DNA of 64,000 bases from Bispira polyomma (taxonomy: Eukaryota), in the NCBI GenBank assembly GCA_965649765.1, contig OZ287754.1, positions 59,086,001 to 59,150,000 of the forward strand, read 5' to 3'. Under the pieces are notes generated by a model. That model was not told where the DNA came from. It saw nothing but the letters and a program-made list of their open reading frames with translations, and made no database searches. Of the stretch, positions 1 through 12,500 are shown piece after piece (positions within the stretch are counted from its first letter, which is position 1; every line of letters begins with the position of its first letter). Both the position numbers and the translations under genes were made by a program.

Positions 1-50
1 GTTAAGCACTTGAGACTATGTTAAGACTAAGACCTTTTGTGAATATGACA

Positions 51-300
51 CCAGGGCTGGTATTCTCGAACATATACTCAGCTTAAACTCATACTCAACT
101 CAAATCTGGATTCTCTATAACTCTGGATACAGGAAACGTATCTTAAATCTGACTTCATCTTTGAGTTCAGTGTTAAAAGCTCTATTAAAATGAATGGTCA
201 CAAGTATAGGTTATTTCCATGTACAATGATTTCCACATGGTCTATATTTGAGTTGAGTATGAGTTTAAGCTGAGTATACGTTCGAGAATACGGGCCCCGG
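51..300. mobile_element. MITE with long TIRs (family with core aatgaatggtcacaagtataggttatttccatgt)
   Basis: gtattctcgaacatatactcagcttaaactcatactcaactcaaat ... atttgagttgagtatgagtttaagctgagtatacgttcgagaatac; related copies at ~27240-27715, 51820-52400, 52735-52960, 62240-62470. Confidence 0.75.
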
Positions 301-855
301 TTATTTTGTTCGACTTTAAGACACTTAATAAAACCAAAGACATAGTTAAACTAACCTATGCTGTCAACCCACCTGTTATCCCCCAGCATTCCCTATTTAT
401 CCACTGCCTCCCCTATTTACTATGTAATTTATACATAGTGTTATCTACACCCTATCTTGTCTATCCTCTCTCCTCAAATCCTACCCCCACCACCATACAT
501 AGTCTGTAATATATCTATACACTGTCTTATCTATACATCCTGTTATATATTCACCCTATGTTATGATAAAATATCCTCATATATGTATTACAACGCATTA
601 ATCACTTGGACGTCAGGGGTCTCCACTTTAGCCCAACTGTTTAGTGTTAGCCTCATGAGCGGGAGGTTTAAAACCCGCTCGAGGTGTAAATTTATATCTT
701 TCTTTACATTATCACTACACTAAGTTACCTTTCCCCTATTTGGTATTTCCCCAGAATACACAGTGTGTAACTAGCTATGCACTTTCTTATCTATGCATTA
801 TGGTTCCTCTACACCCTATGCTATCTACTCCCCCTCTCCTGCATCTCTCCCTAAG

Positions 856-967
856 GACACAGATACCTATGGAGCAGTGGTAGATAAGCAGTACCTGTGG
901 ACCACTGACAACTCGGCAAGCTGTGGACTGTCGAATCTCCGGAAAAACAAACTCTACGTGGTCACTG
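856..967 (+). CDS. TIMP: TIMP exon (NTR domain)
   Basis: ctaag|GAC...ACTG|gtaaat; YLWTTDNSASCGLSNLRKNKLYVVTG. Confidence 0.85.
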
Positions 968-3870
968 GTAAATACACCAAACTATAGCTTAAACAAAAAT
1001 TATGCACAGATGCTGTGTATAATATATTTTAACATTTATTATACACAATTATGTTTATAATGTCTATAGTGTGATCAACTTGAGGCATTAAGATAAGAGT
1101 TAAATGGAAATCACAAATCAGCACCCAGAAGAGGCCAACCTTTGAAACACATGATGTCCTATCTTAGGACTGGAAAATCTGCTTATATGACTTTATAACC
1201 ATCTTTGGTTGTTTCTAGATATTTTTGTTCACTAGAGTGAATCTATGGACAGTAAAAAACCTTTTCATAAAATAGTAAAACCTTTTCTTAAAATAGTTAC
1301 TGTTAGTGTGTAACTATCTATACACTTTCTTATCTCTACATTGTCTTATTTACTTCCCCTCTCCTGGATCTCCACCCATTACACCTAGGAGGCCTGCGAA
1401 GCTTCTGACGCTGTACCTTATCTGTATCTTTCATCTGTACAGGATACATCTCACAGGCAAAGCTCTGGGTGAACACATGTCAATGGAACTCCAAGTGGAG
1501 TCTTGTCACCAAAACACAGAAACAAGGCCTCAGAAAAAAGTACATGAAGCAGTGTGACAAATGTAAGGTAAGAGTTGCCTTAAAATTGGTGCTGCCTAAC
1601 TATGGGATACACTCACATCAAAATGAAACCAATCCATCCCATGGGATTCGAGCCGAGCATACACCGGGGTCGATGCAGAAATCTCTTAAAGTCAATTAAT
1701 TAATGTAAAGCACATTCTTTTGGCTTTTTTGTTGTGTCTGATTTGCGCTATATCAATCAGTAATTCTAGTTCTAATGTTCTAATTATAAGGTTTTCCTTT
1801 TTATATATATTTGGCATTTTCTGCATACAAAATATTTTTTAAGTGCCAATGCTTAATATTTTATCAAACTATAGAATCTAAACCTTTGTATGATTCGATT
1901 CTGGGTTTCAACGATTAAAATGTCTGAATAATGATGCAAAATAACAACCATAGAGGCAGTGTAGGAAATGATTCTAGATTTCACTGGACAGGGCACAGTT
2001 TTATGTCTTGGATTTTGGTGTTAATACTGGATGTATTAATAATTCACCCTTTTAACACTGAACCCTAATGGCGTGATAGCAAAAGGATTGTACAGAGCAC
2101 CCCCTTGGGTGATAATGTTTACATCTTTACCCAATTTGTATTTTTCACCTTTTTTTTTTTTTTTTTTTTTTGGGGGGGGGGGGGTGTATCTTGATCAAAT
2201 GGATACAATTCCCTCCATAAAATATAAGCTCAACTGTGCAGACTTGTAAATATTCTATGTTAAAAGAAAATTAGACTGCTTATATTCTAACAAAAGTAGG
2301 AGAGACAGTGCAACCAACTGTCTGGAAGAACTAGGTTAACTAGAAGTTAGCCATAGTCTATCTGATGTGATAGATGAAAGAGTCTTCCAGTAATTTTAGG
2401 ACTACAAATCTGCCCCTGCACCCTTTTTACAAGGATTCCATCTGTAGCCTGAGGATAACACGCTATATACTGCTTTCAGATTGTTATCTGCTCCGGGTGC
2501 TCCCCACAGCCTGATTCGTGTCTGATCCGGACTGATATTAACCCCTACTACATGTGTTATTACAGGTAAGATTGGCTTACTACTGGTTATAACCGCTAAT
2601 ATCTGGTAATTTAGAACAGGTAGAATCTGCTAAAAACTAGTTAAAACAAGTAAGAACTGGTCACTACTAGTTATAACAGGCACAATCTGGTTACTGCTAG
2701 TTATAACGGGTAAAATCCAGTCACTGCTACACGCCGTTATAACAGGTAAGAACTGATCACTACTGGTTATAACTGGTAAGATCTAGTGACTACTGATAAA
2801 AGCAAGTAGGATCTGGTCATGAATAGTTGTAACAGGTAAGATTGGGTCACCAATAGTTATAAGATGTTAATAGTTTGTCAGTACTAGTTACTACATGTAA
2901 GAACTAATCACTTGTTATAGCAGGCACAATCTGGTTACTGCTAGTTTTAGCAGGCACAATCTTCTTACCGCTAGTTATGACAGGTTATATCTTGCCACTA
3001 CTGCTTATTACAGGTAATATCTAGTGACAACTGGTTATAGCAGGTAGGATCTGGTCAGTAATAGATGTAACAGGTAAGATGGAGTCACTGATAGTTATAG
3101 CATGTAAAAGCTGGTTAGTACTAGTTATTATAGGTAATATGTGGACTCTGCTAGATGTAACAGGTAAGACCTTGTCACTACTGGTTATAACAGGTAAGAT
3201 CTGCCCACTGATGGTGACCACCAGTTACTACACATAAAACTACACATAAAGCTTACTACAGACAAGATTCTGCACCATGACAGGGTTTATTTAGTAAGTA
3301 CTCGAACATGATCTTGTTAAAATAAGTAGTGGTAGAGTACAGGGGAATTCATCAAACACTTTATGTATAGTGCTAAGTTTAGAAAGAGACTTGTGGCTTC
3401 TGCTGGGATTAGAACCGGGGCTCTTTGGATCTTGAGATTGATAGTCCATTACACTAACAGTTGACCTGAAGGGGAAATTACAAAAGTTTGAGAGTTTAAT
3501 GCGCTGACATACACTGATATTACAATAGTCAACGTACCAACAGGTTTTTCAGAAAATTCATGAAAATGGAAACAAAAGCCTAATCTTTCAGTGAAAATGG
3601 TTATACAGTTAGAAACCAATTATCTAAAAGATCTAATAGTTTTCCTTGTTTTAATAGACTGTAAAGTAGTACATGTACAGACCAACCATTATTTACTTGA
3701 GTTGGTGTATTCTCCTTAATACACATAACGTATTAGACTAGCGGTGTATTTACGGGAATTGATTTCTCCGATTTTGATACTTTTACAGGCTGGCCATATG
3801 TAGAAAGAAGAAAAATATGTGCTCATTTACAGAATCCAAGGAGTTGACAGTGTGTCTTCAGGGGCGTTAA
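856..3870 (+). CDS. TIMP: Tissue inhibitor of metalloproteinases (3' part; exons 856-967, 1443-1567, 2480-2565, 3789-3870)
   Basis: Spliced translation DTDTYGAVVDKQYLWTTDNSASCGLSNLRKNKLYVVTG/YISQAKLWVNTCQWNSKWSLVTKTQKQGLRKKYMKQCDKCK/IVICSGCSPQPDSCLIRTDINPYYMCYYR/LAICRKKKNMCSFTESKELTVCLQGR* follows the TIMP/NTR pattern (T..S.A.CG...YxxxG; C...W..L...QK.GL...Y...C.C). All introns are GT-AG with compatible phases. 5' exons lie outside the window. Confidence 0.88.
1443..1567 (+). CDS. TIMP: TIMP exon
   Basis: gtacag|GA...AAG|gtaaga; LWVNTCQWNSKWSLVTKTQKQGLRKKYMKQCDKCK. Confidence 0.88.
2480..2565 (+). CDS. TIMP: TIMP exon (C-terminal domain)
   Basis: tttcag|ATT...TACAG|gtaaga; IVICSGCSPQPDSCLIRTDINPYYMCYY. 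Confidence 0.8.
2545..3230 (+). repeat. ~32-bp minisatellite built from the TIMP exon donor junction
   Basis: Unit about actactggttataacaggtaagatctggtc, ~20 degenerate copies starting at TATTACAG|gtaagat. Confidence 0.85.
3789..3870 (+). CDS. TIMP: TIMP last coding exon
   Basis: ttttacag|G CTG GCC ATA TGT...CGT TAA; AATAAA at 3958 and 4085 downstream. Confidence 0.78.
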
Positions 3871-5308
3871 TCTGTTGTGTACATCCATCAAGTTTGAGTT
3901 TTAGTTTACAGAATTCTTTGAGGGTGAATGTTTTACTGACACCATTACTGTATGAAAAATAAAGTAAAATGTCTTCAAAATCTAGAAAATGTATCGTAAA
4001 ATATGCATCTTAAAAGAAATATTTAACTATTATGTATATAAATATGTTTTTAAAGCTACATTAACAAATTGCAACTAGCTGCACAATAAATACAATACTT
4101 ATTTACATTGAGATATAAAAACAAGTCAAATTATAACAGTTTGGAAGATAAATAATGGTGCAATCTATGCAAATCTATGTTTACCATGCTTCTCTATTGC
4201 ATATACATTAAAGGTACACCTGCACTCTGGGATATCCTATCTACAATATACTTAGTGTCTGACCAGTACTTTGTACTAGACCCAGTACAAACATACACGT
4301 TCATGGCTATGTACTTCTTATAACAGCCACTTGATGGCCAATCATATTGTTGCATTATTCAAATTTCTCCTTTCACAATGAAGGTACATATGTGCTCTGA
4401 GAGATATTTATGTACAATACACACAGTGTCCGACTTGCACTCACACATGCACATTCTTGGGAGGTACTTTCCGCACAGTCCAATCTTTTTAAGAAGAACT
4501 CTGTTTAGTCAATTTCCCTTTGGAGCAATGTCTGTAGTTTCCACAAAAGGCCTTTTGTTAAGTAGAAATCTTGCTTAAGTAAGGTTATTTGTCCTTGTCC
4601 CTTGACAAACTATTTCAAGGAGTTTAACTGTATTTGTACAGCCAATTGTTATTTGCAATTCAAATTCCTTCTATCATCATGTATTGGCTGAGTACACAGT
4701 ACTTTAATGTATATATAACTTCTCAATCAGTATATATACTGACTTAAATACAGTACTTTTACTGTATATAACATCTCAAGAAGTATATGTATTGACTTAG
4801 TGCTGTACATTTATCTGTCTATCCCTTACAACTTCAATGCATAATTTGTCATAAATTTTCGGGAGTTTCTCTAATGCTGGTCCCAATTTATGCCCACAGA
4901 GCACCAATAATATATTGTGTACTATTTTTAATTAGTATCTATAGCAAAAGTCTTCTGCTAAGCTTTCTTAATTGAACCGCCGCCCTGCTCCTAAGGCATA
5001 GTCCACCTGACATGACAGAAGCCCCCCCCCCCCCCCCCACCTCCTAAAAAAACAAGATCTATGCAAAACTACACATTCGCGCATCACAAAAACCCTGCAA
5101 TATACATTGCAAAAATTACGGGCTCTGAGACGGCACCTCCCGCTGCCGTTATGGGCACCCTAAAAAAGCTGTGCAAGAGTTTTGCATTGGCTTGTGCCTC
5201 AAAGGGATATTTTGTCCTAGCGTTCTGAAGGCTATTATAACATCTCAGGAACTATATGTCTTGACTTAAGTTAGTACATGACTTTTTCTATTATAACAAA
5301 CCACCATC

Positions 5309-6578
5309 TCAAGATGAGGCTGCCTTTTCTAAGTCGGCCAGCAAGGCGTCGCAGTAATCCAGCAAGTTCTGAGCGGCGTCTTTTTTGGCCCGGTGTTTAG
5401 ACGGTAGACTCCCGTACTTGTGGTTAAGACCACCACCATTACCAGTGCTGCCTTGTTCCATGTCACTGTGAGACGTCAACTCCTCTGGTGGCTGGTGGTT
5501 GTGATGGTTCTGTGGCCGGAGTTTTGGGTAGTGTCTGGGTAGGGAGTTATAGGTAGAGCCACCACCACCATTACCACCATTGTAGAACTCCTGTACTGGG
5601 GTCGGGGTAGAGGGTGATGTCGTCATCTGTTCTGGTGCTGGGCTACTCACTGCTATATATGGGTTGGGTCTCTTGTAGGACGAAGAGGAATCTTTAGACA
5701 GGGACCGTTTGTGAGCCAGCCGCGGGGTATGGTTATTGCTACTGTGTTGTTGCAGGGACTGTGGTTGGTCATCATCGTATGAAAGGTGATGTTCCAGGTG
5801 TTCGGGGACGCGGTAGAGCGAGTGTCCACTGCTGTTACTACCGCCAGCCATTAAGTGGTGGTGGTGTGGACTTATAGGGAACAATCTGCTGCCATCTGCT
5901 GGCTGTTGCTGTTCCATGGGTTTCTTCTTGTGTCTGTCGTGGGGAGAGGAGGGTGGTGGAGCGTTGTTGTGTACATTGTGCCAGGGATTCGGCCGCTCCT
6001 CCAGAGGATCCTCAGGCTTAAAGGTGCTAAGGATCTGCTCGGTGCTGGGAGTGGGTGTCCTGGTGGTGGTGGGAGGGTGGTAGCTGATGTAGGGCATGGC
6101 GCTAGAACTTCGCATTGGCTGTACACTGGCCATGTAGGAGGGACCTCCTCCTCCCTGGGAAGGGGAATAGAAGGGGGACGGAGATGAGGCGATAGGAGGT
6201 ATCATCACCTCACCTAAGTGAGTGAGGCTTCTATTTTGACCCCCCTGCTGTGGTGGCTCTGACGTACCGCTGACACTGGACATCTCCCCAGCCAATGTTG
6301 GGTGCTCATTTAGGTTGAGGTTGTGGGTCTTGTTACCGTAATACAGTGGCATACTGGTGGCGCTAGAGAGTCCCTCGCGACCCCCGCGGCCTATGAGGTT
6401 GATGTCCCCGGAGTCAGACACCTCTGACTTGTAAGACGGGTAGTTCACCCCGTCATCCTGTAGGTTTAAAGACTTAGTCAGCTGTAGTGTGTTGTTCTGC
6501 TTCGCCTCCAGGTTGTCAATCTTGCGCAGTGTGGGCTGAGCCTTATTCTTGTTTCTTCCCTTGCCTGATTTCTTACGG
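5309..6578 (-). CDS. THSD7: THSD7-like last exon: ~420-aa low-complexity cytoplasmic tail
   Basis: tttcag|C CGT AAG AAA continues the phase-2 junction of the TM exon (basic stop-transfer CRKKSGKGR); ends ...DALLADLEKAASS TGA. Confidence 0.88.
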
Positions 6579-9500
6579 CTGAAAGTACACACATATTTTT
6601 AACATGATATAATTGTGTTATTATATATATCATGTGTGTGTCAGTATCCTGTACTACAGTCTGAATATCCACATGTATAGTCAATGTTCCAAAATCTGAT
6701 CCCCATCCAATTTCCGGTCTAAGCGTTTTTAACGTCACAATTAAGATGCTTTAGACATCATCTGAGAGTCAAACTTGGGCCCTTCTGATCACCATACTGA
6801 TTCCCTAACAACTGGCCCATATGGGCCACCACATGGTGTAACTGAAAGTCAAACTGGGACTATAACAGAGTGGCCCCTAACATTTGAATTTAGTTTGGTT
6901 TTACGTCGCTTTTGACGGCTTACATCATATCACGACAGCCAGACTTAACGGTGGAAGAAAAAAGTTCTTAAGCAATGTAGACCACCGGCTTACGGCAAGT
7001 CCCTGACAAAATTTCCCATGAGGAAGTTATTTCTATAACTTCTAACCACCAGACCATTGCAGCCCCTCTCTAACAAGTGTTACCAGACTATACATACACA
7101 TAACAGGTATTAGGTATTCTATCCATAAAGTTCTGCACATCATTCGTTCATGTCACCTGTATCAGTTTATTTATTCTATAGCATGCACTTGTTTCAGATG
7201 TCATGTTTTCATAATTTTTGAAATGATTTTTGTCATCGTAGAGTAGAGAATTACTTATTTCAAACAAGTCTTGTCATTTGTCATAATTTGCTACTGAAGT
7301 GATTTTTTTAGGGATACTCAGCACATGCACGGATGTATGGGTTTCAATTTGAATTTAGGTCACTTTATGTCACTTTTGACAGGTTAGGTTATTTAACAGT
7401 GAAAGAAACACTCTGTAAACCAGCGACCTATGACAAGTATCTGCCAAACTTTCCAACATGAAGGAATGAATGGGCATTCAAACTCACACTCGTGAAAGAC
7501 CAGTGATTATTGGCAAGCACTTCTAGCCACTAGGATACATGGCCCCCAAAGATGTGTTGGAACACTGTCACTATATAAAGATATACTCTAGTTTCTGTAA
7601 TAAATGCCCAAGAGGCTTTGCATTTGTTTTAAAAGGGGGCTATTACTAAAAACAAGATTATTGATGTGGCAGTGTATTATATTGTTCAAAAAATAATATT
7701 AATATGTTTAAAACAGTTGAACTGTCCACAGAATATCTTAGTTTTAACCTGTGACAGTCATTTATATGCTGACCTGTATTATCATACAGTGTATAATTAT
7801 TTTAAACACTGGCTTTTTAAGACTGCCTGAAGGAGAGATGTGACGATTTCCAGTAATATTTGAGTGTAGTACCTGCTACAGTATAACAGTTACTGATCTA
7901 AAAGTGCTTGCTAGAGAGTAGGGTCTATAATTAGAGAAGGGGCCTTAAGTATAGAAAATACGGTACATGTATATATAAAAGGAGCGAAACCAATGATGAA
8001 GCACTGTAAACAACCGGCTACTGCAAGTATCTCACAAACTTTCCCCCATGAACAACATTTAAATCCACATTGGTGAAAGACCAGTGATTGTGAAGCTAAC
8101 TCTTTTAACCATTCGACCACCATGGCCCCTTTCTACTCCAAGAGAAAACTATCTCTGGGAAGTGAATTAATTTTTAGTGTAATAGTGGGAATGATGTGTA
8201 CGGGATGGCGTGTATACGTGTGTATGGAAACATGAGGCTAATATTACCAGACTATACAGATGAGGACAGCTGCAGCCACCAGAATTACACCACCCAGACA
8301 GCCCAACATCATATAGAGGAACAGAGAGTTGACCCCATCCCCTCTAGCTGGACCCACCAATGGGACGGGGCAAACGAGGTCATGTGATGGCAGGGTACCT
8401 GAATAGAATATAGTCAACACATTATGTAGATGTTGTCTCTGTGTACAAGTTGTAATTAACTGCCCTTTTAGTTTCATCAAAATTCACCTTGTTATATATG
8501 AACTAAAAGGCCAAGGCTTGATAGCCCAAAAGAAACACAACAATTTTTGCATTAAAGCTAGAAGTATTGATTGGATGATTTGCGGAGGTTGTACATATTT
8601 ATTGGATTTCTTATTGTCCTCATAAAGAAATCAACCTACTCTTTATGATGTCAACCCAGTTTACATTGAAATAAGTAAATATAAACATAAATTACACAAT
8701 ACACAGATATAGCAATAAACTGAGAATGGGTGTGTCTATTTCCGTGCATAAACAAAGCAGTTGTGGGCTGGGCTCTTCTGCGCTGTTAATCATATGACGA
8801 CCAATGAAATCGCATGTTTTGGACAGTTAAAAAACAGCTGCCATATTGTCTGACAAACAAACAAGTTGTAGCTGTGAAAACTTAAACACATAAAATTACA
8901 GAATATAAAACATATACTAGTATATATTGTTATTGTATTTGCAAAATTTATTACGCTTTACATATTACATGACAGTTTATTCTAGGTGATACTGTGAGTA
9001 TATATTAAAAAGTATTGTTTTTGAAATGCAATTATCCATTGCCAACTTATTTATTTATTTATTGATACGGAATATACTTATGCAAATAGGATAGTGACCC
9101 TAAGAGAAAACCATCACCAGGAACTGAAGGAAATTTTTATGTAACAGGTTGTAGATTGCTGGAGTCACTAAAACACACACCCTACAGAATCCTTCTGGCA
9201 TTCAATAACAGCCTCACATATTATTTTTAGAGCTAACAATACTGCCATGCTAACAATTTTATCTTGCCAGGGAAAAAAAATAATATTTCTGGGGTGTTGA
9301 TTGCTTGACGTCAGATATAGCTTCTGTGAGTAACAAATGCCATTGACTGATAGTCAACAGACTTGGGGATAGAAGGGGGTAGAAGAAAAATCAAAGTTTA
9401 GGGTGTTACGTCCCGTTCAACAGCCAGGGTCACATTGGGACAGGCCCACAGCATTTGCCACTTGTGGGAGGCGAACCCACACAGAGGTATCAGCCTGTGA

Positions 9501-12500
9501 TTAGATGCCAAACTTGCAAACCACTCGGCCACTGAAGACCTCAAGGGGGTAGAAGAGATACAGACACTATCAGTACACAACTTACCATCATGGCACAGAC
9601 ATTCCTTGTTGGTTGCATCACAGTATGAGTGATTAGCGATACAGTGCAAGTTACCATGGCAACCATACTCCGGTAAACAAGAAATACCATCTCCTGTACA
9701 TCAAAATACACATCATATTTTGTTATATCCTTTTAGAGTAAAGTGGTTAATGAAACTTATTAGCTAGTGAGAGTTATGCGTACATCTGATTGCTGTGGTT
9801 TATTCACTGGTAATTGATATGCCATTGACAAATGGAAATTTAGACATTAATTTGAATATGTGTATGTTTTAATTGCAGTTTTGATAAATTATGAAATACC
9901 TAATGGAGTAAAACCTCTGAACCTATATGACACGAATATATGCTGCTCGTCGGAAACTACCTAATTTTTGGGTAAAACACCGCAATTTCTCTCTCTCTCA
10001 CCTATAACTCTGAATCATGTACGAGACACACATACACACACACGTACCTCTAAATCATGTATGCCAGGGAGATACATTTACATACACATACCAACACACA
10101 CAAGTAAACCCTGCATGACAACCCACACATACTCACACAGTCACACACACTTATCCACCTACCTCTGAATCCTGCATGACGCCCCACACAAACACACACA
10201 CATACACACACACACACGTACACCCACCTCTAAATCCTGCATGACACCTCACACATACACACACACCTACCCACGTACACCCACCTCTGAATCCTGCGTG
10301 ACACACACACACCCCCTCCAGACAGTTGGTGTACAAGCCACACTTGGGGTTACACTCCAGTTTACGCGCTGGTTTCCGACTCTCTACACACCCACCATGT
10401 ACACGCTCCTCTCCGTCTCCTAAAGCAGAAACAAACACAATTAGCGATCTAAACAATATAAACATTGCAACAAATATAGCAGGATGAATTAGTTATGCAA
10501 GCTACAGAAGAACGATTCTACCAAATTTTGAGACCGAAATACCCTTATCCAACTTATCTAATACAGAAATGTCTAATGTAAGCAACTTTTGTCGACCATA
10601 TCCTTCAAGAATTGCTGCATATGAGTTGACCAGATGGCTTTTTAGGATTGTGTTAAAACAGGCCTCTTTCCCTTTTTACAAGTTTACACAATACCAGGTG
10701 AAGTAGGTCTGACAGGGCATTTTAAAATGTTTTCAAACCATCAATTCATAAAACCTAAAAACATCACCACCTTAGTTTTGCTTATAATGCTCCTCTGGCA
10801 GCTCTCTGGCTTGTTTGAAACATAAGCTCAAAACATATCTGTTCAGCAAGGCTTTTCCACCTTAGATGTTTCAGTTTCACCGCGTCTGCATGGTCTAGAT
10901 CTATGCCTGTCTAACGGATACATGATCATCGTCTTTATTGTTTGCTTCTTAGAATCTGGTTATTTTCAGCGATAAAGCCCTATTAAAGTCCATTAGGATT
11001 AGGCCCTCACCGTAAGTACAGAAGACCTTCCTCCTGCCATTACTGTCCCACTCCCTCTGTCTCCAGTAGAAGTATGGACACTGGGGATCAGAACAACTCC
11101 TTCTCTGGACCCAGTCATCTGAACATTTGGACCCTCCCTCAGACTGGACAATCACTGTCCTAGTAATATACAAAAGTACTGGTCAAATGGTCAGTCACAT
11201 AGAAAAACTAAGTATATATGCCAATCATATGGACAATCACTGTTCTAGTAACATACACAAGTACTGGTCAAATGGTAAAGAAAAAACAGAAATGGAATCT
11301 GCTGGACACTTGATGCCTCTCTCGAACTGGACAATCACTGTTTTGGTAATATACACAAGTTTACTGGTCAAACGGTCAGTCAGGGAAATAATATGTATAA
11401 GTACCAATCATTTGGACAATCACTGTCCTAGTAATATACACAAGTACTGGTCAGACAAATGACAAACCAAGACCCAATCATCTGTACACTTGACCCCTCC
11501 CTCAAAATGGATAATCTCTGCCCTAGTATTACACAAGTGCTCATCAAATGGTCAGGAAGTGGAAATTTTGAAAGGAAACGGATATATTAAACATAGCTAC
11601 AACACCTGTCTGTACTTCCTTTAAATAGCCACACAACACCTTATATATATACCGGTTTTTCTCTGAATCTACTACCTTACCAGCAAAGAAGAAATTGTTC
11701 ATATACATTGTTATAATACATTGTATGTTCAAATGGGGGTATGTCACTGACCTTGATCTGACCTGTTGACCTCTATTTCTGGAGTCCCGACAGTCAGAGA
11801 AGCAGGGTCCGTACTGACTCCAGAGTGACATGACACAGTCCCCGGGACAAGGTAACCCACACACAGCCTCCTCACTGTCTACAGAGTCTGGATACAGAAA
11901 TATAGGTATGTATATATAATATAGATACACACCTATATATTGAGCCTTTAAGAAATAAAATGTGTTCAATATGCATAAAATTGACAGCGTTGAAAGTGAA
12001 AAATTCAGTGAAATTAGGTCCATTACTAGATTGTCACTTTTACAATTTTAAGGCACGATCCACACCTCTGGGGTGGTATTCATAAATTTAAGGGCTAAAT
12101 CAAGACTTGTCTTAGATCTAGTATACTTTTGTGCTAGATTTAGTACACTGTCTAGACCTTTAGCCCTTTTGTGAATACTGCCCCAGTAATTTAGACACCT
12201 ATATTAAACAGTAAAGTGAGTACAAGCCTTTGTCCGTCTAACTCACCATGACCACAGAAGTTTGGGTGTACAGTGTATCCATCACTGCGTACACAGTTAG
12301 TGATGCGGGACATGCTTCCCAGACCACACTGCTTGAGGACATTGACACTACAGACTGACCAGGCGTGATCCACCCACTGGTACTCATAGCAGGGTACTGA
12401 CTCACAGGTGGTGTTCTGAGGAAAATATACACAAAGTACTCAATATGTGTAAAGCGATATGTACTAGCTGGTACTCATAGCATGTAGCACTGACTCTCAG

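Noticed and set aside
4685-5320. Possible echo of the THSD7 stop-codon region in the 3' UTR (ataacatctcaagaa)
   Set aside because: The match is short and AT-rich; cannot be distinguished from an ordinary local duplication by eye.
5855-6187. 110-aa + strand ORF
   Set aside because: Antisense shadow of the GC-rich THSD7 last exon.
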